A stretch of DNA of 64,000 bases from Felis catus. Taxonomy: Eukaryota. Below are positions 1 through 11,794 of this stretch, one piece after another. The stretch's first letter is position 1; the number at the start of each line of letters is the position of its first letter. Location of the stretch: positions 123,256,001 to 123,320,000 of the forward strand of contig NC_058374.1 of NCBI RefSeq assembly GCF_018350175.1, written 5' to 3'. The translations under genes and the position numbers were made by a program. The notes under the pieces are model-generated. The model saw only the letters and a list, made by a program, of their open reading frames with translations. It made no database searches and had not been told where the DNA came from.

Positions 1-129
1 TGGAGTACCTCATGTAGAAAACATCCATTAAGCATTGTAAAATGCCAGTCAACAGAGAAGAAAGTTACAAATATTTTGATATTGGATATTATAAAGTCAG
101 GACAGACCTACACTCTGGAAGGAGCTTGA

Positions 130-340
130 TAATATTAGTAACAGCAAACATATTACATTTACTGTGTTCCAACCACTCTTCTAAAAGCTGTATACATAGG
201 GACTAAATTTATATAGCGAAGAAACCAAAGTGCAGAGAAGTTAAGCAACTTGTTCAAGTCACCTAACAAGTAAATGGTGGAACTGGCTTTGAACCCAGGC
301 AGCTGAACCCCGATCCTCTATTCTTACCCACTATACTGTC
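130..340 (-). mobile_element. MIR SINE fragment
   Basis: Antisense MIR core-like text (gagaagttaagcaacttgttcaagtcac...gaacccaggcag). Confidence 0.7.
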
Positions 341-939
341 TTGATCCAGACTAGCCACATAGCAGCTGGTGATAAAGGAAGAGACTGTTTAGCGTCTGTG
401 ACTGGGAGCTCTCTGGGATAAGTCCCAAAGAAAGCCAACAGAATTCCTGGAGACACTTTTAGTACCAGGTGATCCTGTTATGCCATAAAAGAATAACTTT
501 CCACATTTGTGACCTACTAACATCCAGTGAGGATGAGAACAAGGCTCCCTGGTGTGTCATGAGTGTCGTGGAAGGGATCCAAATGGCCATTGGTACCTTA
601 ATCCCCAAAGTCAGTGTTAGGAATCAAAATTCTGAATTTAGAGTCTGTAATAGTTCCTTCCATTAGTGACATTTATTCTTATGTAGTCATAACTTGAGTT
701 GGTCCCATTTTCAGCCCCATAGTGTAACAAATGAAATATGATTTGATGAAAATAAAAGGTCAAGAAAAAGTTGATGGTGAAAATTTGCAAAATATCAAAG
801 GAGCCCTAGATTAAAGTTTTAAAAATCTGCCTTAGTGCTATCATTAATTCACTAGATGACCAATGCTGGGCGGTTCTCTGATGCTGCCTGGGCTTTTGTT
901 TAATCATCTATAAAATAAGGGAAGAAGAAACTAAAGTTG

Positions 940-1090
940 TTGACTGCCTTTTATATACAAGGTGTTGTTTTAGGTACTTTACATGTGTTGGTTCATTTAA
1001 TCCTCAAAATATTAGAGATTGATAGATTATGGCCCATTTTTAAGGTTGACAAAGCAGAAGCTTAAAGAAATTAAGAATTTGCCTAAAGTC
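940..1090 (-). mobile_element. MIR fragment split by the L1 at 1091-2254 (resumes ~2255-2306)
   Basis: MIR-like text on both sides of the L1, joined through its TSD. Confidence 0.65.
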
Positions 1091-1775
1091 CAAGGAAAAT
1101 AAAAGCCAAAATAATCTATTGGGCTATTTTTATGTCAAAATAAAAAGCTCCTGCACAGAAAAGGAAGAAAAAACTCCAAAAGAACTAAAAGGCAACCTAC
1201 TGAATGGGAGAAGACACTTGGAAATGACNNNNNNNNNNNNNNNNNNNNNNNNNNNNNNNNNNNNNNNNNNNNNNNNNNNNNNNNNNNNNNNNNNNNNNNN
1301 NNNNNNNNNNNNNNNNNNNNNNNNNNNNNNNNNNNNNNNNNNNNNNNNNNNNNNNNNNNNNNNNNNNNNNNNNNNNNNNNNNNNNNNNNNNNNNNNNNNN
1401 NNNNNNNNNNNNNNNNNGAACTACTATTAGGTATCACCTCACACTTGTCAGAATGTGTAAAATTGAAAGCACAAGAAAAAACAAGTGTTGGTGAGAATGT
1501 GGAGAAAAAGGAACCGTCTTGCACTCTTGGTGGAAATGCAAACTGGTGTAGCCACTGTGGAAAACACTATAGAGGTCCCTCAAAAAGTTAAAAATGGAAC
1601 TACCCTATGATCCAGTAATCACACTACTGGGTATTTACCTCCAAAATACAGAAACACTAATTTGAAGAGATACATGTACCCCTATGTTTATAGCAGCATT
1701 ATCTACAATAGCCAAACTATGGAAATAGCCCAAGTGTCCCATCGACTGATGATTGGATAAAAAAGATGTGGCGTG

Positions 1776-1822
<47 letters not shown>

Positions 1823-2254
1823 ATATATATATATGGAATATTGTTCGGCCATAAAAAGAATGAATCTTGCCATTTGCAACAACATGGATGGAGTTAGAGG
1901 GTATAATGCTAAGCGAAATAAGTCACAGAAAGACAAATATTATATGATTTCACTCATATGTGGAATTGAAGAAACAAAACAAATAAGCGAAGGAAAAAAG
2001 AGAAAGAGAGACAAACCAAGAAACAGACTCTTAACTATGGAGAACAAACTGATGGTTACCAGAGAGGAGGTGGGTGGGGGATGGGTGAAATAGGTGATGG
2101 AGATTAAGGAGGGCACTTGTGATAAGCACGGGGTGTTGTATGGAAGTGCTGAATTAGTACATTGTACGCCTGAAACCAGTATAACACTGTGTAAAATGAA
2201 AATCAAATAATTGAAACATTTAAAACATCTTTTTAATCATTTAAAAAAAGAAAA
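1091..2254 (+). mobile_element. 5'-truncated carnivore L1 (ORF2 C-terminus, 3'UTR, A-tail)
   Basis: Peptide MEYCSAIKRMNLAICNNMDG...KDKYYMISLICG resembles the L1 ORF2 C-terminus; 18-bp TSD aagaatttgc(c/t)taaagtc at 1073-1090 and 2255-2272. Confidence 0.92.
1773..1832. repeat. Compound (TA)n(TG)n microsatellite inside L1
   Basis: Seen directly. Confidence 0.95.
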
Positions 2255-3609
2255 AAGAATTTGCTTAAAGTCATTCAGCTGGTAGCATTTACAACATCGA
2301 AGTTTANNNNNNNNNNNNNNNNNNNNNNNNNNNNNNNNNNNNNNNNNNNNNNNNNNNNNNNNNNNNNNNNNNNNNNNNNNNNNNNNNNNNNNNNNNNNNN
2401 NNNNNNNNNNNNNNNNNNNNNNNNNNNNNNNNNNTCATCACTGCAAACCCATAATTCCCGAATTTTAGAAGTGCACAAAGGGTGTGGTATTGTTGCTATT
2501 CTGTGAACTCTAGTGCTACTACTTGGGTGACCATCATGTTAACCTACCTTTAACCTCCGTCTCTCGGGTGCTGTCCTTGGGTTATGATTTAATAGTCAAA
2601 TACAATGGAAATATATTTGCATTCTCACTATCAAAATTTAGACTTGGTCAACTGTAGGACGTCTGCATGCACAGTGCTTGATTCCGTGGGTCTACAGTAA
2701 CCCAATAAAGCGAAAACCTTGAATGCATTCCCTTAGGAGGTTAAGTGATGTCTAGGGAGTGACAGGTATTGGGGAAGAAAAGTTGATTATAGGTATTGTT
2801 GGCACGTTCTATTTTAATCTTGAAATATTTGAAAAGACTTGCTCTAAAGACAAGAAGGGTCTCGTTCATGGCAGTGGGTGTTTTCTACTCTTATGAATGT
2901 AATTTTGTCCCTGCTGAAAATGCAGAAGTTGCTTGGTCCAAAAGGGCACTGACATCTTATACTATGCTTTATTTGACATCTTATACCGCCCGCTAAACCA
3001 CACGGGGCAAACTTCAAACGACTCAGCTATCGGAATGTATATTTGATTTGAAAACTGAGGTCGGCTCCAGTGTGCTTTCTCATGCTGCTCTCAGAGGATG
3101 GGAAGACATCTGTGAACACGTCTTTTTATTGCCCTTTTCTTTTATTTTTATAAAATGGCCATCAGTTCTTCAAGCACTTAAACATCTTCCATGACACCTA
3201 GAGATTACGGTCTCCAGTGGTGGTTGGTTTGGGCCAAATATGGACTCTTGATGACTTCCAAGAAAGAATGTGAGTGGAATGGGTCATTACAATAAGTTGT
3301 AATTGATCGTGGAAAGTTCCCCTGCCCAAATCTCTGGGATAATTATGGCCAAATAATTTACTGGTATAAAAGTAAGATAAAAGGAACTGAGAATTTTCTC
3401 TTCTATGAGGACATAAACTTGTAGATGATATTGCCAAAAGCATATCTGGAAGCCCAGATTGTGCAATCATAAATTAGAAAAAAATGTATTATATCAAAGA
3501 AAGTGAGTACCCATGTTTACTAACAAGTTAGGAGTTTCCCAAAAGACCCCTGTGGTGTTCTTCAAAAATTCTAGGTATATTTTTGTTTCAGAGAGTGTGC
3601 ATTGCCAGT

Positions 3610-3860
3610 TCCTTCTGCCTGCAATACTTTTCTTTCAGATGACCGCATGGCTCACTTCCTTAATCCTTCAAATCTGTGCTCAAATATCACCTTCTTAATG
3701 AGGACTAACCCTGAACAAGGTTTAAATTTAATGTTTAAATTTCTATGGTATTTGCCATAAACCCCTCTACCATTTTCCCTCCACTAGGATGTCAGCTCTG
3801 AAGACCTGGAATTTTGGTCTGTTTTGTTTACTTCTCTATGCCTGAAATAAGCCAGAGTCA
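3610..3860 (+). mobile_element. L2 3' fragment
   Basis: ccttctgcctgcaatac...ccactaggatgtcagctctgaag resembles the L2 3' end. Confidence 0.65.
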
Positions 3861-4259
3861 AGGTTTAGGAGAACAAGTATCAGAGTTGATTCCATAGGGC
3901 AAGAGTGGGAAAGAGAGATAAGGCATAGTAACTAGATAGAAATAGGCTCTGAAAGAGTATAGGTCAAAGGCAAACAAAGGGCATCTAAGAACAGTTTTCT
4001 GGAATAATGTCAGAGAAGCTGCTCTCACAGTTATTAGCTGATAATTAAGAAGTTTGACAAGTTTCAAGATGTTTGGTGCACAGATAAGTACTATGCTGAG
4101 TCTTTGTCCCTTTTTTGACTTCCCAGCAACTCTATCACCATAGTCAGTTATAGTCAGTTATATATCCACCACAGTTTTGGCAAGGAGATTTTGTTTGTTG
4201 TAGTCACTCAGAGACTTAGACTGATAGAAGCATTATCTTAGCATGCTTCCATATTTTCA

Positions 4260-4435
4260 GAGGCAAGGAAAAATAAATTGGGAGGACCCTATGATGGCCC
4301 TTCGTGCTTCTGTCCTGAAGGGATATATGTCACCGTTACTCATATCTGATTGGCCAAAGTTAATCACATTGCTAAGCTTGAGTCAATTGGGGGTAGATAA
4401 TGTGCTTCTCCCATTAGAGGGGCAATGAGTATAAG
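4260..4435 (-). mobile_element. Old MaLR LTR fragment (MLT1J/K-like)
   Basis: gcttctgtcctgaag...ctgattggccaaagttaatcacattg resembles antisense MLT1J/K. Confidence 0.55.
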
Positions 4436-5109
4436 TGACAACGAAGGGTCCACCTCATCCAGTTCTATAATTGGGAAGTTACCTACGCTATGGCTCCTGG
4501 AGGGAAGCAGGACCTGTCTTTGGGTATACAAATTATAAATACTTGATAATTGTCTTACGGCCCCAATCATATACACTGGGGCATATTTGAACTGGGGTTA
4601 GTAATATAAAGCAACATAGGAGGGGAAAATTCTTTTCGGCGAGGCTGCGGTGGCCCCAGCATCCGATTTTCAGGGACGGCTGTGGCAACCTTGCCAGTAA
4701 TGACTTCCAGCATCTAAGTGTGAACTGAGGTGTTCAGAGTCCAGCGGTGAACAGTACGGAAAGCTCAGCTCACGGGATGCGGTGAGGTTCCAGGCATAGT
4801 TATGGCTGTAGCTTCCCGCACACCGGTCCGTTTTAAAGCCTAGGTCTCTGGCATGCTCCCCAACATCTTGTATTGAAACCAGCTCAACAAATCTCTTGCT
4901 TACATCTAAGAATCAGGTTAATGCAAGTGGTCTGAAATGACATGCACTCTCCTTGTCCTACTTATCACAACATTTGCAAACACCTGAACAAAAGATGCTT
5001 TATCCAACCCCGGGCTCAACTGAAAAAGTATAATTCCTATCATTTCAAACTTAGTTGTTTTTTTATGAAGTTATTTGTGAGCATAAACTAAAATAAGATG
5101 TCAAATGCC

Positions 5110-6190
5110 GACAAAGTATGAAAAGCAACAATCTTCTTTCTATGGTATCAGTCCCTTCCCCCACAACCACTTTCTACTGTTTCAACTGAATTCTTTTAAT
5201 ATTTTACTTCCATATCTCTAGTAATGTTTTCTTAGTGGCTAACCCTCCCATATTGCTTGCGGAGAGCCATGTACCGTTCTAAGCACTTGAGAAATTTAGC
5301 CCACATAACAACCTTAGGAGGCAGAAAACTACTACCCCAGTTTCAGATGATAAAACTGAGATACAAATCGGTAAGGCAACTCACCTGAAGTCAAATGGTG
5401 ATTAATTGGCGGTGGTGGGAATTAAACTCAGAGTCTGAATCAAGAGTCTGCGCATGTAACTACTATGCTGTATTGAATTGCTGCATGTTTTGTATATCTG
5501 CATTCCAATTCTTCAGTTTTAAATATTTATCCATTAGCTTCCCACCCCATGTCTACCTCTTCTCCCCATCACACACAGACACACTTGCCATCTTCCACGG
5601 GCTATAGAGATATTTAGTAATCAGTATACCTGTGAGTATGATATTTATAGACGAGCCGCTAATTTAACTTCAAAATATCCCCAACTTGTGAAAACCCCCT
5701 CGCCATACATTCAAACATGTTAGTTGTTCTAAAGATGTTACCTTCTTGCCGATTGCTTTCAGAGTCCCCCAAGTTCGTCTAAGCTGAGCGGATGATTCTC
5801 TAGGCCCGGTCCAGAGCTACTGTTTTGGATCTTTCTTCATAGAGAGATTGTCAGTCTTCCTTCACCTCTCTCTTGTGTTGGATTTCCTTATTTCTAGAAC
5901 CCCATACCTTCTGTTTTCTTAGTCCATTATTTGTCTTGCTAAGGCACATCCTTTGGTAGCTTCCTGAGAAAGGGTGCATGGGAGGTAATTTATTAAAACT
6001 TTTCATTTCTGGAAGTGTATGTATTCAGCACGCACACTTAATGATAGTTTGTTTGGGCCTAGAATTCTAGGTTGGAAGTAAGGTCTCCCTCCTGATTCGA
6101 AAGCCATTTACTCTATCATCTTCTAGCATTCAGTATTGCTTTAAGGGGGTTCAATTCCATTCTGGTTCTTGATCCCACTTAGTAAGTGAC
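5110..6190 (-). mobile_element. Ancient L1 (L1ME-like) fragment interrupted by a MIR
   Basis: tttggtagcttcctgagaaagggtgcatgggaggtaa...ctagaattctaggttgg resembles old antisense L1 ORF2. Confidence 0.6.
5255..5472 (-). mobile_element. MIR
   Basis: Near full-length antisense MIR pattern ending in aactactatgctgta. Confidence 0.75.
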
Positions 6191-6359
6191 TGACATTACA
6201 AAAATAATCACATAATTTTCTTAATTACTAATTTAGTTTGATATTTTGTTAAATTTACAGTGTACATGGTGGATATTTGTAAGATTTTTATTTTTGGTTT
6301 ATAGTTGCAGAATAACCTGGATACGCTTTGTATTATGGTTCAAATATGATCGTCCTCAG

Positions 6360-6571
6360 GGCACCTGGGTGGCTCAGTTGGTTGAGGTTCTGTATCTTGA
6401 TTTTGGTTCAAGTCACGGTCTCACAGTTCATGGGTTCGAGCCCATGTTGGGCTCCACGCTGATAATGCAGAACCTGCTTGGGATTCTTTCTCCCTCTCTC
6501 TGTCCCACCTCCGTGCATGCTCTCTCTCTCTCTCTCTCTCTTAAAATAAATAAAAATAAACTTAAAAAAAA
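6360..6571 (+). mobile_element. Can-SINE (older subfamily)
   Basis: tRNA-like head, (CT)n, A-tail; 19-bp TSD caaatatgat(c/t)gtcctcag. Confidence 0.95.
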
Positions 6572-6669
6572 CAAATATGATTGTCCTCAGTTTTACTGCT
6601 AACACAGCTATATATTTCTCCCCTCTCCCACAATCTGATTTTGTTTCTGCAGAAGCTCTTTTAATATTG

Positions 6670-6671
<2 letters not shown>

Positions 6672-6712
<41 letters not shown>
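6672..6712. repeat. (TA)n(CA)n microsatellite
   Basis: Seen directly. Confidence 0.95.
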
Positions 6713-7699
6713 TACATGCACCAGTAGAAAGTAGGAACAGTTGGCAAGGAGATGGGGATGGAATGACTTCACACACCTGAGAAAGAGGAGGAAGCAGTTC
6801 GTACCAAAGCTGAAGGTGAGACACAGTCTATTTGGTTCAACTATTTTATTCTATATGTAGAAAAAAATCTGGAAAAATTTACATAGTTTTTTCAGTGTCA
6901 CATGCTAATATGTCAAGTGACCATAGAATATATCCTTCACACCAGGGCACTTTTGAGAGTAAAAGTGGATAATTGTAATTAATAATTACAAAAGAAAGGC
7001 AGATGGAAACCAGGTAAACTAGGACTGTTCTGGGCAAACTAGGACATATGCTTAGCCCATGGTACTCACGACTTAACCAGGAGCCATGGTTCAAATGAGG
7101 CTTACCCCTCCATATCTTGTCTGCAATGTTTTTCTCCCCTGTTAGTCCACTTTGCGCTAACCTCACTTGCATCTGATCTCTGTTTGGTGGTTTCTTCTCT
7201 CACATCGTTTTATTTCATTCGTATATTCCTTCCTTCATTCTACAAATAATTTTGAACATCTACTTTCACCTCTGATCCTTAAAGTCATTCCTATCCTTTT
7301 AAATGGTTAGCATTATCCTCTGTTTAAAATATCCTCTGTGCCTAAAGCCAGTGCAACTATTCCAAAACTACCACCACAGAAGCTGATACCACCATGTCTT
7401 ATGCGAGAGGTAAATTGGTAGGTAAATTGTGACGCTATTTGGTAGCGTGCTGCAAATGAGCTAATTCTGTGTCAGTATGAACTAGACACACAGCTGAGAC
7501 CGTGGGGGCTCCGCAGGTTTCTGTGAAGGCAATGGCATGCTCATCACGTGGGCATTTTGGCAACGGCGTTATAGCAAGCTCAAAGGGGGTGCCTACCAAG
7601 GGTAGAGACACAAAGTGAGGCCCAAAGTAGAAAAACACTCAAGCGTAGACACAAAAGGAAAAAAAATCATTTCCAAGTCCCAGCATCCAATTTGATGCT

Positions 7700-8165
7700 C
7701 AGGGTTACTTTCTTAAGACTTTACTTTTTTCGGGGCGCCTGGGTGGCTCAGTTGGTTGAGCATCCAACTTCGGCCCAGGTCATGATCTCATGGTTCGTGG
7801 ATTCATGGCCTGTGTTAGGCTCTGTGCTGAGCGCTCAGATCCTGTAGCCTGCTTTGGATTCTGTGTCCTCCCTCTCTCTGCCCCTCCCCTGCTCATGCTC
7901 GCTCTGTCTCTGCCTCTCAAAAGTGAATAAAAGATTAAAAAAAAAAAAAGACTTTATTTTTTAAGAGCAATTTTAGTTTCACAGCAAAATTGAAAGTTAC
8001 AGGGGTTTACCACATCCTTCTTGTCCTACACATGCCTAGCCTCCCCCATGATCAATATCCCTCACCAGTGGGTACATTTTTATAATGGATGAACCTACAT
8101 CAACACATCATAATCTCCTGAAATTCATGATTTACATTAGGCTTCATTCTTGGTGTCGTCTAAGG
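7700..8165 (-). mobile_element. L1MA-like 3'UTR fragment interrupted by a SINE
   Basis: ttttagtttcacagcaaaattg...gatgaacctacatcaacacatcat resembles antisense L1MA 3'UTR. Confidence 0.7.
7732..7948 (+). mobile_element. Can-SINE
   Basis: ggggcgcctgggtggctcag head; TSD aagacttta(c)tttttt. Confidence 0.95.
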
Positions 8166-8216
8166 TGATTTTTTAAGGTATACTTTCTATGTTGATCATG
8201 CGAATTAGAACTTCAT

Positions 8217-8440
8217 GGGGTGCTTGGGTGGCTCAGTCAGTTGAGCATCTGACTTTGGCTCAGGTCATGATCTTGCAGTTCGTGAGTTGGAGCCCTGCGT
8301 CGGGCTCTGTGCTGACAGCTCAGACCCTGGAGTGTGCTTTGGATTCTCTCTCTCTCTCTCTCCCCCTTCTCCCTCTCTCTCCCTACCCCTCCCCCGCTCA
8401 TGCTCTCTCTCTCAAAAATAAATAAACATAAAAAAAAAAC
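8217..8440 (+). mobile_element. Can-SINE
   Basis: Full SINE structure; TSD aacttcat. Confidence 0.95.
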
Positions 8441-8588
8441 AACTTCATTTTATGAGAAGAGTGTGACAGGAAAGGTTAAGCTAATTGGTCTTTTTCCTGG
8501 CAGTTTAATAGACACACTAGCTAGATTCTCAGGCTGTTGCTGTCCATTGTTCAATATAAATTGTTTTTCATCTCAGGTATGGATTTTA

Positions 8589-8809
8589 TTTTATTATTTT
8601 TTTTTCAACGTTTATTTATTTTTGGGACAGAGAGAGACAGAGCATGAACGGGGGAGGGGCAGAGAGAGAGGGAGACACAGAATCGGAAACAGGCTCCAGG
8701 CTCTGAGCCATCAGCCCAGAGCCTGACGCGGGGCTCGAACTCACCGACCGCGAGATCGTGACCTGAGCTGAAGTCGGACGCTTAACCGACTGTGCCACCC
8801 AGGTGCCCC
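8589..8809 (-). mobile_element. Young felid SINE (SINEC_Fc-type)
   Basis: CpG-retaining copy; perfect 16-bp TSD tcaggtatggatttta. Confidence 0.97.
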
Positions 8810-8841
8810 TCAGGTATGGATTTTAAAGTACGTCATTCTTT

Positions 8842-9062
8842 TTTTTTTTTTTTAATTCTTTTTTAAACTTTTATTTATTTTTGAGACAGAGAGAGAGCAT
8901 GAATAGGGGAGGGTCAGAGAGAGGGAGACACAGAATCTGAAACAGGCTCCAGGCTCTGAGCTGTCAGCACAGAGCCCGACGCGGGGCTCGAACTCACGGA
9001 CCGCGAGATCATGACCTGACCCGAAGTCGGCCGCTTAACCGACTGAGCCACCTGGGCGCCCC
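8842..9062 (-). mobile_element. Can-SINE (felid type)
   Basis: Perfect 17-bp TSD aaagtacgtcattcttt. Confidence 0.97.
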
Positions 9063-9229
9063 AAAGTACGTCATTCTTTAGGTGGACAAAACTTCGGCTG
9101 GTAATTTCATATGAAGAACTGAGGTTGAAACTTCTACACCACCTGTGGGATCTTCTATGGCTCTTGGATAATATGAACAGTCTTGATTTCAATCAATAAA
9201 TATAGTGTACCAAAATAAGACCTAAAACA

Positions 9230-9470
9230 ATGTAGTGTACAGCGTCTTTAGTTACTAGACAACCATGTGTGAGTTTTCTGACTTTGCCACTCGTCGCATC
9301 TTTTGGCAAAACAGTCACGAATTCTAACCGCCAGTCTCCTCAGCTATAAAAAAAAGGAAAATATAGTACTTCCAGAGAAGGTTTTTTGGAAAATTCAATG
9401 TAGTGTTGGGCACAATGTCCTTAGCGCAGTGCTTGATGCGGTAAATACTTAGCCAGTGATAACTGTGGTT
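9230..9470 (+). mobile_element. Decayed MIR
   Basis: cagtctcctcagctataaaa...agcgcagtgcttgatgcggtaaatac resembles MIR core and tail. Confidence 0.5.
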
Positions 9471-9994
9471 TCTAATTCCCCGATTTTTACGCAAATAAGG
9501 AAACTCAGTTTTAAGATTTAGTGGTAAATGTATGTAATGCTTTGACACTTTTCTCCAATAGCTATAGAGCTAATAATCTCGACACAGCGGACAAGATCAT
9601 CTGATTAGCGCAAGATGAAATTCAGACTCCATATTTCATTCTTGGAAGGGGGTGTCAGTGATGCAATTTCACGGCCACGGGCTGTGCTTACGAGGAGATT
9701 CTGTGGTTGTACAGGGAGCACTAGCCTGTTTCTACTGGCAGCCGTTTTATATTGGTAGGATGTGTTGAGGCTGTGTTGGCAGAAAGATGCTATAACAGCA
9801 AAAACAACAATAACAGTTGAATATATTTTGAGATGCTGTCATTGGTCAGGAGCTGAGTTTCATCCTTCGTACGCATTATATTGGCTGAAGTCAAGACACA
9901 CTTGTGGTGCCCCGGAAAGGCCTGGAAACCTGGTAACGCTGTCAGGTTCTTGTAATCTAAAACCAGTCAAGCAGAGGCAGTGCTGCAGGCTTAC

Positions 9995-10039
9995 CCAGAG
10001 AGCCAAATAAAAAACGTGTGCCATTCAACTCGGGGGGAA
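9995..10039 (-). other. Candidate 45-bp exon (unverified)
   Basis: Acceptor ctctcccgtgctgtcttcctcag and donor TGG/gtaagc in repeat-free DNA. Confidence 0.25.
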
Positions 10040-11105
10040 CTGAGGAAGACAGCACGGGAGAGCTGGTGGAAATGGAAATGAATCATCTTCAGGCAGCAGC
10101 TTCAGGACGTTTAAATTTCCAAAGTTAAATCACCCAAGCTTTTTTTGCAAGTAAATCGTAATAAAGAAGTAACTCAGTGTTAAACGAATGGAACTACCAT
10201 TGTATTAGAAAATAGATACATTTGGGAGAAATTAATATAAAGTCCAACTGAGGACACTTAGAATCCAGGGATTCCTACACAAGTGCTTCTAATTCTAAGC
10301 AAAGATCTTAGAAAAAAAAAAAAAGTATTATTCTTTAATTCACCTGCGTGAAGCCCAAAATGACTTTCCATTTTTGCTACTGTTCTTAAGGTAGTGGGTA
10401 TTTTTCTTCCCTTTTTAAAAATTCACCAATTTCACAAATATGACCTCGTTTAAATCTAACCCCCTTTTCTCTCCAGCCCACAGGTCACACGAGAAGACCA
10501 GGAAGGGAAAAAAAAAAAAAGATTTCAGAAAGCACAATTTCTTTGAGGAGTCACTGTGCCTGCTGCAAAATTATTCGAATGAAAAGGTTTTNNNNNNNNN
10601 NNNNNNNNNNNNNNNNNNNNNNNNNNNNNNNNNNNNNNNNNNNNNNNNNNNNNNNNNNNNNNNNNNNNNNNNNNNNNNNNNNNNNNNNNNNNNNNNNNNN
10701 NNNNNNNNNNNNNNNNNNNNNNNNNNNNNNNNNNNNNNNNNNNNNNNNNNNNNNNCTCAAAGTAGTAGGCCTCAGCTTTCATTCTCTCGCTTCTCCCCTC
10801 CCTTACTCTTTGTGTNNNNNNNNNNNNNNNNNNNNNNNNNNNNNNNNNNNNNNNNNNNNNNNNNNNNNNNNNNNNNNNNNNNNNNNNNNNNNNNNNNNNN
10901 NNNNNNNNNNNNNNNNNNNNNNNNNNNNNNNNNNNNNNNNNNNNNNNNNNNNNNNTTTTAATAGCTGATTTGCCAATTTCTCCAAGCTCCAGAGAGAATG
11001 GTCTCCAAATCTTGCTGGATTTCAATTTAATCTGAATTTGTTCAACACATGGAACTCCAATACCTCAGAGCAGACCTTTTGTTGTTAGACTTTTGGACAA
11101 CTCAC

Positions 11106-11237
11106 TCCTTCTCCCACCTCTCCTCCACTTTGATAGTCACGTTAGGAATTTGTCGGTTTTTTAGAATATAGTTTAACAATATAATCGGAGCATTTTTAAG
11201 CATGCTCCAACGTCCTTTGGAGACAGATGTTGACGCC
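11106..11237 (-). other. Candidate 132-bp exon (unverified)
   Basis: Branch-like ctgat, acceptor ttgttttgttattgcag, donor GGA/gtgagt. Confidence 0.25.
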
Positions 11238-11794
11238 CTGCAATAACAAAACAATCAGAGAGTTGGGGCTTGAGGCACCGAAGAGTTACTTTACTCAATT
11301 AAGCTACGTGAAAGATGAGATAGTCACACTTCTTAATTTCACGGATTCTTCTGAGGGCAATAGCTTCAGAATGGGAGTTCAGTACAGAAAAATGTGTCTA
11401 ATATTTCTTTTCTGGTTTAAGATGGAAAAAAGAGAGGATTATTTCTAATTCATGACAAACCTAAGGAAAGGATCATTACTTCAGTACAGATAAGCCTCCC
11501 AGCATCTGGGTACTTAACTCGACTTCTTTGATCTAGAAATGAGCCTAGAGATCTGACAAGAAGAGCCAGTCTTGGGAGTTCTGGGTATTTCCTGGTCAGC
11601 CAGAGAATATCCCCAAATTTTGAGGGATTGACTAAATCTCCCCCACAAAACATGTTTTGGGGGGTTTCAAAGGGCACCGAGCAACTGAAGGGCAACCCCT
11701 ACCATCTTCTTAATCCCTTGATTTTGAAACCCCGAGTAACTCAAGGGAAATTTAATACATATGTTTCTGATTCGCTTACACTGCTTCATCAAAA

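Noticed and set aside
2950-2986. Short direct repeats (tgacatcttatac x2; also 4141-4160, 13631-13652, 51175-51208, ~54996-55020)
   Set aside because: Only two copies each with no spacer array; ordinary slippage duplications, not CRISPR or satellite.
6735-6815. Possible plus-strand exon ending AAG/gtgaga (EQLARRWGWNDFTHLRKRRKQFVPKLK)
   Set aside because: No polypyrimidine tract at the acceptor and the peptide is unrecognised.
8616-8798. Recurrent ~60-aa ORF MAQSVKRPTSAQVTISRSVSSSPASGS... (also at 14525, 18194, 32355, 37425, 44423 and others)
   Set aside because: It is the translation of the Can-SINE body, not a gene family.
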